From Gnetum montanum (lineage: Eukaryota; Plantae; Gnetophyta), in contig MNCI01002773.1 of assembly GCA_015680685.1 (NCBI GenBank), forward strand, positions 266,010 to 330,009: a stretch of 64,000 bases of DNA, in the 5' to 3' direction. The notes under the pieces are model-generated. The model was not told where the DNA came from, made no database searches, and saw only the letters and a list, made by a program, of their open reading frames with translations. Made by a program: the position numbers and the translations under genes. Positions 51,111 to 64,000 of the stretch are shown piece by piece (the stretch's first letter is position 1; the number at the start of each line of letters is the position of its first letter).

Positions 51111-54100
51111 ATGGCACCAAAGCAATGTGGAGGAAAGAATAGAAATCCTACAATCTAGAAGATGGATGAGCATTTTAGAGAGTTATCAGAGGTTCCTAGG
51201 CCTATCACCATCCATGCCTCAGCCATCACCACTCCTAGGTAGGTATTTTTACCTATTTTTGCCTTTGTTTTCTATGGTTTTTCTAGTCTTGTTTTCCATG
51301 TGTTGGAGCCATATTTTTCTAGATCAACTTTGGTTAAGGGATTAAAATGGAATTATGATGAAATCCCACCTTCTACTTTGGCCATTTCCACATAGATCCA
51401 TGGTTCTTTCATTGCTTTAGCTTTTGTAGATTTGATTTTAAAAATAGGGCTTGCTATTTTCATGCTTTTTTCCCAAAATATTTGGATAGGGCCGTTTTTT
51501 TAGATCCAGGTCTTATGATTTCTTAAAATTAAATTTTAACAAAATACTACCCCACAATTTTGGTGTGAATTTTAGTGAGTTTCAATCATTTTGGCTATTT
51601 CGATTGTTTCCATGGCTATATGAAATCTAGATTTTGAGGTTTTTGAAGTTTTGGCATGAAAAAGTGAGTAATGTTTTGTATTGTTTCTTGGGATAACAAC
51701 TACATATTTGTGAAATTGAATGTCATTTTTTGTAGCCCTTCTTTTAAGCTTTCTAATGGCTATTTTCTCATTTAATTTCACCTTGAAATGACAATTATGG
51801 CTATTTTCCTAATGTTGCACAGTTAGGTATCTCATGCCGTTTTTATAATTTCATATAATCTTGCAGCTTTTCTCTAAGGAAAATGCAAAGATTTTGGATA
51901 TTTATAGTTATCACTAAGTAGGTTTTGGCTTCAGGTTTCCAACGGAGGTGAAATCACTCTAATTGGACTTGAAATGAATTTTCTACAAATTTTTTACTAA
52001 GCATGTATAATAAGGATGTTTGTGCCATTTTTGAATTATTGTCCAAATTGATGAAATTTTCCTGCATAAACGCCAAAGGTTTTAAATTTTTTCTAAGCAT
52101 GGATCTATAGGGCTCCATTTAAGCTTTCAAATAGTGGTGGAATCACTCCATTTGGAGCTCAAATGAATTTTTGCAAATGTGTACCAACCCTAAGTGAAAA
52201 AGGTTAATGGTGATGGCTAAATTTTGGCTATGCTTTATGGAGATATGGTTATGCATCTTTGGTTATAGTGATCATGGCCATAAGATTCATAATTTTGAGA
52301 TTCTATTTATGGAAAAATCACTAAAATCAATGTTCAAATGATTTTTTAATGAATTTTTTGGTTGTGGTTGTGTGAACAAGGAAAAATCATGGTTGTAGCA
52401 CATTACCCAATTGGAAACAAAAGTGGTTGATATGTATAGCTTATGCTTTTCTTTTGTCAACATGTAAAATGAATGCATGATTTTTTTAAGACAAGTAAAA
52501 GCGTTTTTTATTTTTAACAAGCTTTTACAATGGCTACATGGTTTTTTCTACATGTATGATGCTTTTACTATGGCTTAGATGTTTATTCCAAGTTTATGCA
52601 TGCTTTGCATAATTTAGATGTTTTTTTTTCTAAACTTATGTTTTCTTTTTTCTAAATTTATGCATAATTCAGATGTTTTTTCCAAATTTATGCATGCTTT
52701 GCATAATTTAGATGTTTTTCTAAACTTATGCTTGCTTTTTCCTAAATTTACACATAATGTAGATGCTATTTTCTAAATTTATGCATAACTTAGACCAAGT
52801 TTTAGTTTTAGCTATAATGTTTTGGCTGTGATATTTTGGTTATGGTAATAATTCTTTGATGGAATTTTTAAAGTTAATTTAGACAAACACATTAGAGCTT
52901 TTTACATAGGCTAATTTCACCTCAGACTAGATGTGTTTTCCAAAATTTGCTAAGTAATTCTATAATGTAAGGCTATGCAAGGTTGTAATAATGTTTTATC
53001 ATGAATTCCTTAAGCTAATTTAGATAAACACCTTAGAGTTTTTTACATAGGCTAATTTCACCTATGACCAAATATTTTTTCTAAATATTCTAAGTAATTC
53101 CAATTGGTCACAATGTTTTTGATTTACTTCATGTAGGATCTTTTTAAGGCCTATCTTCATCATCGTGGACTTGGTGGGTATCTTGTGCTACATTGGTCAT
53201 CCAATTACCAACACTCCGCTACATGACATACATTTTGGAAAGCTCTTATTATGGTTGTAGCCAAGGGTAAGGGAATTCCTTGCCTACCTTCTTAAGAACT
53301 TTTGTGTGATGCTGTGATCATACTTGTCTACGAATATAGCTGAGGTCATAGTGGAGACCTTGTTACATTAGGCATCTAGCTTGATCATCAGATTCATTAT
53401 TAACAAGCTACCCATTAAGATAGTAGGCGGACTAGTAGATGCCACAAGCCCATGTTACCTTATAGAGATCTAGATGATGCCAAAGTATAGTTGGTATAAT
53501 GTTGAAAATACTCTAATGGTGGCACATAGAGCACACACATTATTCTAGAACCCACCTAGCACCATGTATCATCTACAAGGATGAGCATGGTTATTATAAT
53601 GCTTTTATGTTTTTTCTTAATTATCTTTCCTAATTTCATCAATTTTTCAAATTTCTTGCAGAAACAAGGTCAATGATCAAGGTTTGGTCATTAATGATCA
53701 AATATTGGTAGTGGCTCAAACTACTTTGATGAATTCACTAAGAGTCCTCAAATTAGAATTGCCATGTATCAATAGTTAAGATGGGACTTTAATGCATACA
53801 CTTCAAGATTCAACCTTGTACATGAAGTGTAAGGATGATAGAATGATGCACAGCTAGTGGGTAGATGTTGATAGCATGGATCAAACCCTTGTAGCTAGGA
53901 CCTCCACTCAAACCACACTAAAGAAGAAAATGAAAGGTAAACATAAAGGTTATAGCTTTAGTGTTTTATGGCTATAACTTTGAGTGTTTTATTGATTTTC
54001 TTGTTTGTTAAAATTGTTCATGCTGATGCTAAACTTTGGTTATTTCTTTGCAGGACCTTCCACCTCGATTGATGTCACTATAGCACTTTTAGGTTCATGT

Positions 54101-56729
54101 CATGAGGATACCCTCATCTTGAAGTATGGTGAGGTGACATCAGCATAGGAATGGATAAAGGGATAGACACCTTGGTACATTCAAGAAAACATCTAGTGTG
54201 TAGGTTTTCTTGATGTATTTATGGTACATATCCCTTCTGTTCCTGTGTGAAGATGTTGCATGTCATAAACTCCTTCAATGAGAAGGTTGGTCATTTTAGC
54301 ACCATCATCCAAGATCTGAAGCTAAAAATGGATGTTGGTGTTGGCCTCTTTTGTAACTTGTTTGATGTTCCTTCTAATGGGGAAAGGGTTCCTACTAGGA
54401 TAGTAAGGAAAGTAAGGCATCGTGACGAAGTTCTGGAGTGCCTTGGTTCCAACATTGGCCACTTTGGAATTTTAATGGATAGCTTCATGAACCCTAATGC
54501 AATGGAATCATATCCTTTATTCAGGTCTTATGTGTTTCCTAAACTATTATCACAAAAGGAGGTAATCAGCTTAGCACATTGGTGGACCTTTAAGACGGTC
54601 TTGATGGAGAGCATTAGATTTGATTGGGCGATTACTTTGGCTACTGGGCTTTAAGAGGAGATCCTTAGACTCTATGTTGATACCTCTATGATAATCCATA
54701 TGCACTTTGCATTTTTTTCAAGTTATCTAAAGAGGTTTGCAAATTTTCTAGTGGTGTATAGGAATGGACAATGGGTTTTCCAAGACCCAAGTCAACTTTC
54801 TAGGCCCTGGATAAAGCACATTTATGTAATAGTGCATGCCTAGAACCCACTAGAGGAGATGGATGATACATTATCCATTACCACTAAGAATCTTGATGTT
54901 AGGTAGTATGAGTCTCTTGACAATACTGAGGATGATGAGCCTCTCACATTTCTTGCTAGTATCTAGGATGCCAGATGATGATGTATGAAGGCCAAATGGG
55001 TAGCTAGAGAGAAACTCAAGAGGTCTATGAAGGAGGCACCCCCAACATCAAATCAACCTACTTCAAAGAAGCTTAAGTTCAAGCTTAGGTCATCACAATA
55101 GGTAGTTACAGGTATGCTTTGTTTGGATATTTCATGTTTTAAAGCTTATTGATGCTTTATGGTTTGATGTATTAATCTGTTTTCTATGTGCTATGGTTGT
55201 AGACAAATGTTAGGCTATGGTAGCCCAAGCTATCGTGGAGGTAGAACAAAGACATGTAGAAGAGGCACTTCTAAAGTAACCTGTGTTTGAAGGCTTTGTT
55301 GATGTAGATATAGATGATCTAGATACCTTGTTTGGTGAGGTGGTATTGGGTAAATCCCCCGTCATCATCCCTAAGGAGGAAGAGGAAGAGAAGCTAGGTA
55401 TGCCCATGCCTTAATATTTTTGTTATATCTTATTGTTTATCTTTGGTTATCATCCTAACATTTGGATGATTATTATGCTTATAATAGTTTCTAAACCACT
55501 AGCACAAGCTCCCATACCTAGGTTTCATGTGAAACCATGCGTAGAGACTCTAAACAAAGTGGAGTTCATGCATGGGATGGCTAAGGACATCATTGATCAA
55601 TTGCATCAGGTTACACTTGAGATAGGTAAGGATTTTATTTTATATGCTTTAGTCATAGGCTATGGTTGCGTTATGGCTATCTTAGGTTATGCATTATGCT
55701 TTATGGATATATTTTATGCATGTGTAGTGCCTTCTGTGGAATGGGACCGTAGCAGAGACATGGAGATAGACTCCTTATGTAAGCTTCCCTCTAATGTATC
55801 TAGTATACCTATGAAGTTGTACGAGACTACTACTGCTTTAGCAATGTTATGTGCAAAAACTTCATGGGAGTTAGAGGGGTCCAACAAATCCCTATGGAAA
55901 GAAGTTGTAGTCTTAAGGAAAAAGACTCAATGGGAGGAGGATACAAATAGAGATCTCTGAGATTTTAAGGCCTTTGTGGAAGCCCACGTGGCTAACCTAG
56001 GAAAGTTTTGAACTAGGGAGATCATGTGGGCCTACTATTGGCATGTTGTTCAAGACAAAGTAGCAATTCTACAAGAAATGGTGGAACAACATATGCAGAT
56101 GGACCTTATCTCCTAGAAGATTGAGGACTAGAAGAATTACTACACTTGGGTCTTAGAGTGGAGCAAGAAACAAAAGGTCCACAAGCGATAGTATAAGGAA
56201 GATTGTGGGGCCTACCTAAAGTGACTTAAGGAGGAGTTTATTGAATGATGTGAGAGAGAGTTTTTCATCCAAGGGATCCAGGTGGAGAGTGATTATCAAT
56301 TTTTTGAAAGTAATCTCACAGTGAAGCAATCCCCTACTCTTTAGATTACCATTTTTGAAGGTGAGACCTCTACTGATATTACTACCCAGAAGCTTCCTGC
56401 TTGGACTATTATAGATAGGTCTAGCATCCTTTCTAGCATTGATCTTGGGGATGTTGACTTGGCCAACATGATAGAGGACTAGATCCTTAATCATTTTGAG
56501 GAAGGTCTTCCACTTCTACCCTTGGAGGTCATGGAGTAAGAATACCCATAGGTTTGATATGTTTTAGTTTTGAGTTTAAGTATGGCTTTGATTTTGAATA
56601 TGGGTTATTAATTGGCTATACATTATTGCATTTTAGGCCTCAGGAGACATTGGCATCCCTAGTGGTGAGGGTGAGAATGACCCACCACTTCCTCCTCCGG
56701 ATGGCACTCAGCAACCTCCATTAGTTTAG
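51111..56729 (+). pseudogene. Antisense 8-exon accessory gene of element 2 (FCP1/NIF-like HAD domain, plant-transposon ORF-like domain, coiled coil)
   Basis: ACCATGGC start (MAPK). Inferred exons 51111-51238, 53137-53589, 53662-53936, 54054-55111, 55203-55397, 55488-55625, 55728-56551, 56637-56729, with GT-AG T-rich introns. Exon 2 reads RPIFIIVDLVGILC...*PRVREFLAYLLKNFCVML*SYLS...YNVENTLMVAHRAHTLF*NPP. The exon 2/3 junction is the least certain. Confidence 0.82.
52530..53100. repeat. Tandem repeats in intron 1 of the antisense gene
   Basis: atgcataatttagatgttttttctaaattt units at 52530-52800, plus a duplicated block taatttagaYaaacac..agagYtttttacataggctaatttcacc near 52875 and 53016. Confidence 0.75.
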
Positions 56730-57399
56730 CTTGTTGGCTATTTTTTTTATTTTAATGTTGATGGCTATGATTAGCCAAGACTACGTTATAGATGGTTGTT
56801 ATTCTTTGACATTCTTGTAATAAAGTGTGGCCATGGCTTATTTATGTTATGGACATTTTAACTTTAAGTTTAAATTTTGGTTTTATTTTTGGCTATATGT
56901 ATTTATCGTTGTAGTAAACATTGTCAATGGCTATGTTGACGTTTTGGTTCTAAATAGAAAATCAATATGATCAAAGAAATATAATAAAAGGGATGTTTGA
57001 TAGTTTTAGGCCATCATGGGCATAGGTTATATTTTGTTGTATGGTTATGACTACATTGCCACTTTAAGATCCCAGTGGACCATGGTTTAATTGTGGCTAG
57101 TTTTGCTAGTTTTAGGCCATGATTGGCCATGTTGTGTTGTTTTGGTAGATGTTTCCAATTTAAGGCCATGGTGGGTCATCATGCCAATTTCAGGTCTTAG
57201 TAGACCAGATATGAAAAATAAGTATATTCATAAGGCTTTTTCGATGTTTGTAATATAAGTAAAAATAAAGAGAGGTTGTAGCAAATAGGTAAAAATGCAA
57301 ACAAACTTAGGCTACATACATAGGCTACATGCATAAAGAGTAAAACAAAAAATGCATAAAAAGATATAATAAATTATCAAAGAAAAGTAAGGCTATATG

Positions 57400-60300
57400 G
57401 CTATCAATGCATCTGGTCATAGGGGCATGGGAAGGTTAAGGTAAACCTCACTTATGTAGATTCTTCCTAATCTTTGTAAGATTAGGATGTAATTAAGGCC
57501 TACTCTGCACAAGCTTCTATTTCCCATCTTCTTCACTTATGATGTTAAAAGGAAGTTCATCCCATAATGTATCCCATTGCTTATAATTGTCATTGTTGGC
57601 TTTCTTGGATTGTTTCTCTTCATGGCTGGGAGCTACTTCTTGAAGCTCAACTTCAAACCCTTATTCTATGTCTATGTTATTGATAGTCATAGGAACCGCG
57701 TTATCACCATGAATGATGATTTCACCAACTTCGTAAAGAAGGTGAATTTCATGATGGATGGGAGAGAACACAACTGATAATTGAGCCAACCAAAGGCTTT
57801 CTAGGATCAAGTTGAATCTTGGAATCTCTTCCACCATCAAGAAGTTGGCAGTTATAGAGAATTGCTTTCCTACTACAAAATCCAAGGAGATGGACCCCTT
57901 GATGGCAACCCTCAATCCATTGAAGGACTTAATAGCTATAGTGGTTGTAGATTGTATTTTCTTAGTTAAGCCCAAGCATCCAACAATGGTGCATGGGATG
58001 ATATTGGTTGTAGATCTCTTATCAACATGCATTCCATAGATTTTAAACTATTCTATGCATATGGTTATGAATAGAGGGGTTGTAGTTACTTTTCCATTTT
58101 GGGGATTAATGTTAATTTTTCTATTGTGAAATGTTAAGGGTATTGACATCTCCCCCCTTGATGAGGGAGCAATCATCACTACATGGATGGACTCCTCATT
58201 AGCTAAGATATCCTCACTAATGGGTATGAAAGTTAACATTTTGATTAGCACCTCAGGATGTGTGGTAGAAGTCATGATCAGGTCATACAAGCTTAAGGTT
58301 GTATTCTTTTGCTTGAGGGTTTGCCTGACATGGTCCATTGCACTAAGGAATTTTTTATCATTGATCATGGGCTTGTCACCCCGGTTGTGCTTTACTTCCC
58401 CCATGTGTCTCAAAATGCAAACTTTAGCTTTAGGTTGTGGCTATTGTGACTCTTTCTCTTTGTTTTGGTTGTGGGTTTTTGTGTCCTCCTATGTCCTTTT
58501 TGTTGGAGTGGGTTGAGCATAGGAGGTCATGGGTATAGTCAAAATGGAAGTGGGCTTTAGTGGATCCACTTCCTTTTGTGCCTCCATCTACTTGTCACCC
58601 TTGTTATGAGGTTTTTGCTTATGCTTCTTCCTCTATTTGGCTGAAATGTTTTGCTTGTTAGCTATTGGCTATGAGGAAGAGGCAATAGCATTAGCTACCA
58701 CAATAGGTCATTGTGATGTTGGTTGGGCTACGACTACTTGGATTATATTGGGTTGGGGGCCCATGATGACAAAATATTCCTTGGGAAATACTCATGATAG
58801 TGCTTTTATGATAAAAGGGGTTCTTGAGCTATGGGAATCTAAAGAAGACCTTTCATTGTAGAGGGGTACTTGAATCATGAATGGTTCTCTTGCAGGTCTC
58901 TAATCATCATCAATGTTGGATGCTGAAATAACATAAGGGTTGTCATTAGCATTCAATAGGTCCTTGTAGGCTTGCATTGATTTTTTTTGTGGTTGAACTA
59001 TATTGGAAGCATCTAAGACTAGCTTTCCCTATCTATTATCCTTTGCAGGTCATCCTTAAGCATAAGGTAGAATTCTATGTCATGACCAAGCAATTGATGA
59101 TAATGGAAGACATGGTCTAGCTTGAAGTATCTAGGAAACTAGGGATCATCCTTTGTTGCCCAAGTGGGGTCCTTGGCTATTTCACATAGCTGCTCATGTT
59201 TCATTCAAGTAGCTTCAATTATTTGTTTGTGTTACATGCGTCCACTTTTTAATAGTTGGTCTAATAGCTCTAATGGTTTTATAGGGAAGGTAGTGTATTT
59301 GAACTTGTCCGTTTGTTCAAAGTTAGGTTTGGTTGTTATTGATGTAGTGGCCCTAGAGGTCAATGGTTGGTTATTGTGGTTATTAGTAGTAGCCTTGGGT
59401 GGATTGGACTTCAAACCTTGGTTTGTAGTCTTTGTTTCTCTTGTCATAGTTGCTATGGTCATGCTATTTTGTTTTCTCTTTTCTTTGTATCTCTAAGAGT
59501 GTTGATTTTTATATGCTATATAGGCTAGATCATGACTAGCCTTTGCAACATCCTCTATATTTTTAGTTTGAGAGAATGCCTAGCTAAGGGATTGTGGATC
59601 AAGGTAGTAGAGTTTAGACTTGATGAAGTCATTAACTACTCCCTTAAATATGGTTAAAAGATGAGTTTTGACTATGGGCTATGGTATTTCATTGAGTAGT
59701 CTATTCCATCTCTAGATGAACTTATATATGGATTCTAAGAGCCCTTGCTTGACCTTCATGAGTTGATCAAGAATTGTGTTAGGCTTCAAGTTATACTTGA
59801 AGTAGTTGACAAACTAGGCTGCTAAGTCCTCTAAAGAGGATATGGATCCTTTGGGTAATGCATAGTACTAATCAATTTCTTTCCTAGTTAAATACATAGG
59901 GAAAATCCTCATGATGATATGAGGCCATGGTTGTAAGAGTAAACATTTAGATTGAAAGGTAATAAGATCACATTAGGATCACCTTCTCTATTATATTTGC
60001 TAAATTGGGAAATAGGAACACTAGGAGGAAATGTCAAGGGTGTGACTATAGAACTAATGGGATCATCCTGGTAGAAGTTCATAATCTTGATAGTTTGTGA
60101 AGTAGAGGCCTTAAGCCTCTTCAACTTCTCCATGGGATCCTGAATCATCCAAAAAGCTTGATCCAATCCCTGTGGTGGCCCTGTTTGCTATGGAGTTTGC
60201 AGATATGGCTATGGCATTTGTTGCGAGGCATGTGGCCTTGCTATGGGTTCCAAGATGGAAGAAAGAGGTTGTGTCATGGTCATAGCTTGTGGACCAAACA

Positions 60301-61079
60301 AAGAAAAAGAGATATATGCTAGTACTTGAGGCATAAATAGGATAAAGGGGTGTGTGATCCTTGTGTTGCTTAGGGTCCCATGGTGGATCCCACGTGTGTA
60401 ATTAATGAAGTTTTGGTGGTAAAAACCATTGTTGATAGTTTTATATATCGAGACTATGTGGTAAATGGCATAGATAGGTTATGGATCATAGTTTGTGGCA
60501 TCGATTGAGTTTGATGCATGTCTATGATTGATGTGGGATCAGCTATGATAAGGTAGGAAGGAATGGAAGATGATGGCACCATGCCCATGGGAAAATAAAA
60601 GCATTATAGGAAGGTGCTATGACCTGGGAAGTGTTTGTTGGAACAGTCCTCCTAAGATGTTTTGAGACTTAGATTCTACCTTAAATTCATCCTTCTCTAT
60701 TGTTCCTTAGAGCCATGCTTGTCATCTTCCTCTTCCATGGCAATCAATTAGGCTAGGATGCTAGCATAAATGTCATTAAGAGAAATTTGGTCATACAAGG
60801 AAGGGATGTACTCCTTTCCACCCTTATGTATGAGCTCAAACTCCCTCTTGGGCTCTACTTCCATACATGGAATTAGCATGTTTGCATGTATTTAGCATAA
60901 ATGAAGTTATAACAATATTCATTTATAGCTGCAAAATTAGGACTATCCCCTCTAGCCCTCAAAGATTGCCTACACTAAATGATCACATAATCTTTGGGGT
61001 CATAGACCCTCATGGCTTGTTGGCTAGGATCTTTGCTAGTGAGGGTGAAGAGAAATTTGGTGGACTATTGGAAAGACAT
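57400..61079 (-). pseudogene. gag: Element 2 gag and protease
   Basis: PISQFSKYNREGDP; KYTTFPIKPLELLDQLLKSG; TTLSLYDLIMTST; MHVDKRSTTNIIP...FNLILESLWL...FSPIHH; colinear with element 1. Ends approximate. Confidence 0.88.
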
Positions 61080-61934
61080 GGCTATAGTATTGAAAATGGC
61101 TTAAAATAGGCATAAATCGTAAAATTGAAGTAAATTCTAGTGAATGGAATTCAAAACATTTTAAAGAAAATAAGAATAGCAAAAAATGAGGTACTTACTA
61201 TAATTAGTAAGTGGGGGATAGGAGGGGTTTACCCCCTTACCAAGAATGGAAAGTTGAAAACATTGGTGTCAAGCCTCAACCAAGTTGGCCTCCCAACTAC
61301 CTCTACATTGGGTATGCCAGGGGGAGGGGTGAAGAAGGGCATTGAGATAATGAAAATATCACATCTTCTAAGTCAATGTTGATGAGGGGGAAGGTTGAAA
61401 ACCAAAGTGGAAAGTTTAGGTTTTCCTACTAAAAATTGGTTTTAGTAAGATGCCAATTCTCTTAGCTTAGAAAAAATGAGGGGAAGCTAACTTTCTCAAC
61501 TTGGAAATATGGGGGAAAGCTAACTTCTAGAAGTTGGATGGCTTCTAGAAGGGTTGAACCATCCAATTTAGAAACTAGAGAAATTGGTTGAAACATTCAT
61601 AATAGGTGTTGTGAAATTTCAGCATCCAAACCACCTGTAACTTTCATGCTAAGGTTTCTACTACAAGGGAATTTTGTCAGCCAAGGGAAATAAGGAAATG
61701 CAAAAAAAAAAATCATTGCTAGCTTTAGAAATTCACAACAATAGTTGTAAAACTTTTCAAGCCCAAACACCTACCACTTCCATGTTGGATTTTGGGAGTA
61801 GAGGGGAATGAATCGTAGCATTGATTGTAAGGTAGATTTGAAGGTTTTGGCTAAAGAAATCAAGGAAAAGCTTGCAAATGACAACATGAGCAATGAAAAA
61901 GAATAGATTTGGTCATAGAATTTAGATCAAGGTG

Positions 61935-61949
61935 CTTCTTCTAGTGCTA
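61935..61949 (-). promoter_or_regulatory. Degenerate tRNA-Asn-type PBS, element 2
   Basis: Plus strand cttcttctagtgcta versus element 1 ctccttctagtgcca; 8 nt from the LTR. Confidence 0.7.
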
Positions 61950-61957
61950 AGAAAAAT

Positions 61958-63417
61958 TGTTGCAATTGAGAATTTTGGTTATTGGAAAAACCAAAGATTC
62001 TTAGTGCAGTAGTTCTCCAACCCCAAATCCTCAAGGCCTCCATAGGAAAAATGAGATTTGAGGCACCATGGCCAGTTTGGTAGATCAACTAGGAACTTAT
62101 GAAATGCAAAATGTAGAAATACAAAAAGATTTATATAATGCACAGAAAATAAGTTAATATACCTTGCATACAAAACCCAAATCTTAAAAACTTTATTGAG
62201 AGAAAATAATAAATAATAAGTTAGAGAAATGTGTATAGGAAATGCTTGAGTGGGCAACAAGGGAGGTTCACTTAGGTAGGGCTTTAGGATCCATTGATGT
62301 TAATGAAGTCATCTCCACAATCCATATGTCCTATCACTCCCAATGCTATCGAACCTCCGATGCTACAATCTAAAATCTGGAATGTTGTCTACTACTAGGA
62401 GGGGGTGAGAAACGTGGAAAATTTGGATGTTAAATTGCTCCATTTTGGGGTTTGGGAATCCTAGAAGTGTAGTGTTGACATAAAAAAATCAACAAATCTT
62501 AAGGCTATAATGCTTCCATGTTGGGGCTCAAGAGAATGCAAGTATGGGAACTTACAAGAGCTCTTGAGTGCTTGAAAATGCCCAAGTATGGAATTGTAGG
62601 AAGTTTTGTATTGTGTGAAGTGCTAAACCTTGAAAAAATTCTAGAACCTATAAATTATGTTGGAGGTTGGTTTTTATAGGTATTGGGCCATGAATGGGGC
62701 TGCAAAATGGCTACAAATTGGTTGTAAAATGGCTACAAATTGGCTGTCAAATTTTGGTGAGATGGGTGCCTAAATTTGGGGGGTTGCTATACATAGTAAG
62801 TTCTTTCCCCATGGCCACTCCATTTACTATAAATAGTAACCAAGGCACACCTTCTATGCTGGAGATGAATTTTCCATGTTGAGCTCTCCACCATGCCTAC
62901 TGAAGTGGCTACTCAATGTTGAAGTGCATGAAGTGATGAATTTTAGTTTTTATGGCTTCCATGTTGGGGGATGAAATTTTCAACACTAGGTATGAAGACT
63001 CTATGCTGAGGGATGAAGGTTTCCAGGCTATGCATATAGTCTCCACATTGCAGGAAGAAAGTTTCCAAAACTCCCATCCTTCCATGTTGGGGGTAGATGA
63101 GATTTATCCCCCTTCATGTGTTTCTAGAATGGAAAAGTGTATACCCCTGATAAAACCCATCAAATTGTCTTTTTGGCATTCCAAAGGGTATTTTTGATCC
63201 CCAATCCCAAATATAGATAATAGGTGACTTTTTTCACTTGGGAAATAAGGCTTTGACCACTTTTGAGGCATTTTTCAGCCCCAAAAGTATAAAGTATGTG
63301 AAATTACCCACTGTGTTACAATCTTTACATTTACAATGAATTTTTGCCTCACGTCTCATGGGGTAAAAGCTACATGATGAAAATTGACTATAAGATGCAA
63401 ACTTTTGTGGTGTTTCA
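61958..63417 (-). repeat. 5' LTR of element 2 (1460 bp)
   Basis: Colinear with 41993-43476 and adjacent to the PBS. Confidence 0.95.
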
Positions 63418-64000
63418 GCACTATCAATGACTCTATGAAGGTTGGCCTCCTCCCTTGTTTCCCAACTGATGGTTTCTACAATCTATTGTAGATGACTCAA
63501 CGATGGTCTCTAATCCTACAATGGCAGTGGTGGAACTTGTTATTGTTGCTCATGTTGTTACTCTTGTTGCTCTTCACCATGGTCTTTTCTAGGTGGTGTT
63601 GGTTTGAGCAATTCAGCATATGAAGCATTTTGGGCTCTTCTAGGAACATCATTAGTATATCCCAGGACTTTAGTTGGCTTGCAAAGCTTCTTGATAAGGT
63701 AGAGAAATGAAAGTTCTAGCTTTCCTTCCTTCCTTTCATCAAATTGCCTTTGAATTTCCATAAAATAGAGTTGTGTGAGGATGACATTGTATTTGCCCAT
63801 CAAAATCATACTTTTCCTAGTTGCATAAGTGGATAGTAAAATGAATCCTTTGGTTGGAAATAGGTGATAGGTGCCAACTTTGAAGTAAATTCTTTCTTCC
63901 AAAGTTAGCTCATTATAGCACTTATCTTCTTTGCCATATGCTCATTTCACCCATAGTTTTTTGGTTTTAGGATTTGATCAAGTGGTAGATGTGCTAACCT
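63418..64000 (-). pseudogene. Continuation of the Athila-like host element extra ORF, right part
   Basis: Minus-strand ORF 63558..63902 lies beyond the TSD, on the same strand as the ORF chain at 40232-41992. Confidence 0.55.

Larger units (their letters stand above)
41993..63417 (-). mobile_element. Full-length Tat-type (aRH-bearing) Ty3/gypsy LTR retrotransposon, element 2 (21.4 kb), decayed
   Basis: Paired LTRs 41993-43476 and 61958-63417 (TGTTGCAA...GTGTTTCA); TSD GCACT at 41988-41992 and 63418-63422; gag-PR and pol on the minus strand. Confidence 0.95.

Noticed and set aside
8177-63422. Similar TSDs TCACT and GCACT suggesting target-site preference
   Set aside because: Only two cases, and the related solo LTR has CAACC; too few to support a claim.

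Overview
Repeat-dense land-plant nuclear DNA with no intact host gene, made almost entirely of nested, heavily C-to-T-decayed retroelements. From left to right: the 5' end of an Athila-like Ty3/gypsy element (gag, tRNA-Asp PBS, LTR) inserted in an L1-type LINE, which is also split by a solo LTR; a full-length 19.8 kb Tat-type element (element 1, 8182-27996, TSD TCACT); Athila/Tat fragments; a small pseudogene island (PLS-class PPR and MIP1/DUF547); and a second full-length 21.4 kb Tat-type element (element 2, 41993-63417, TSD GCACT) nested in an Athila-like element. Main finding: both Tat elements have largely dissimilar LTRs but share an unusual layout. Gag-protease and RT-RH-aRH-INT are separated by 5-10 kb that holds an ANTISENSE, multi-exon gene (about 1050 codons in element 2) with introns at matching positions. 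Its N-terminus resembles the FCP1/NIF (CTD-phosphatase-like HAD) domain with degenerate catalytic residues. The gene is accompanied by palindromic motif arrays at roughly nucleosome spacing, a conserved GG(T/C)C-N6-G(A/G)CC boundary motif and a conserved hairpin over the PPT. All translations and alignments were done by eye; no database searches were run.
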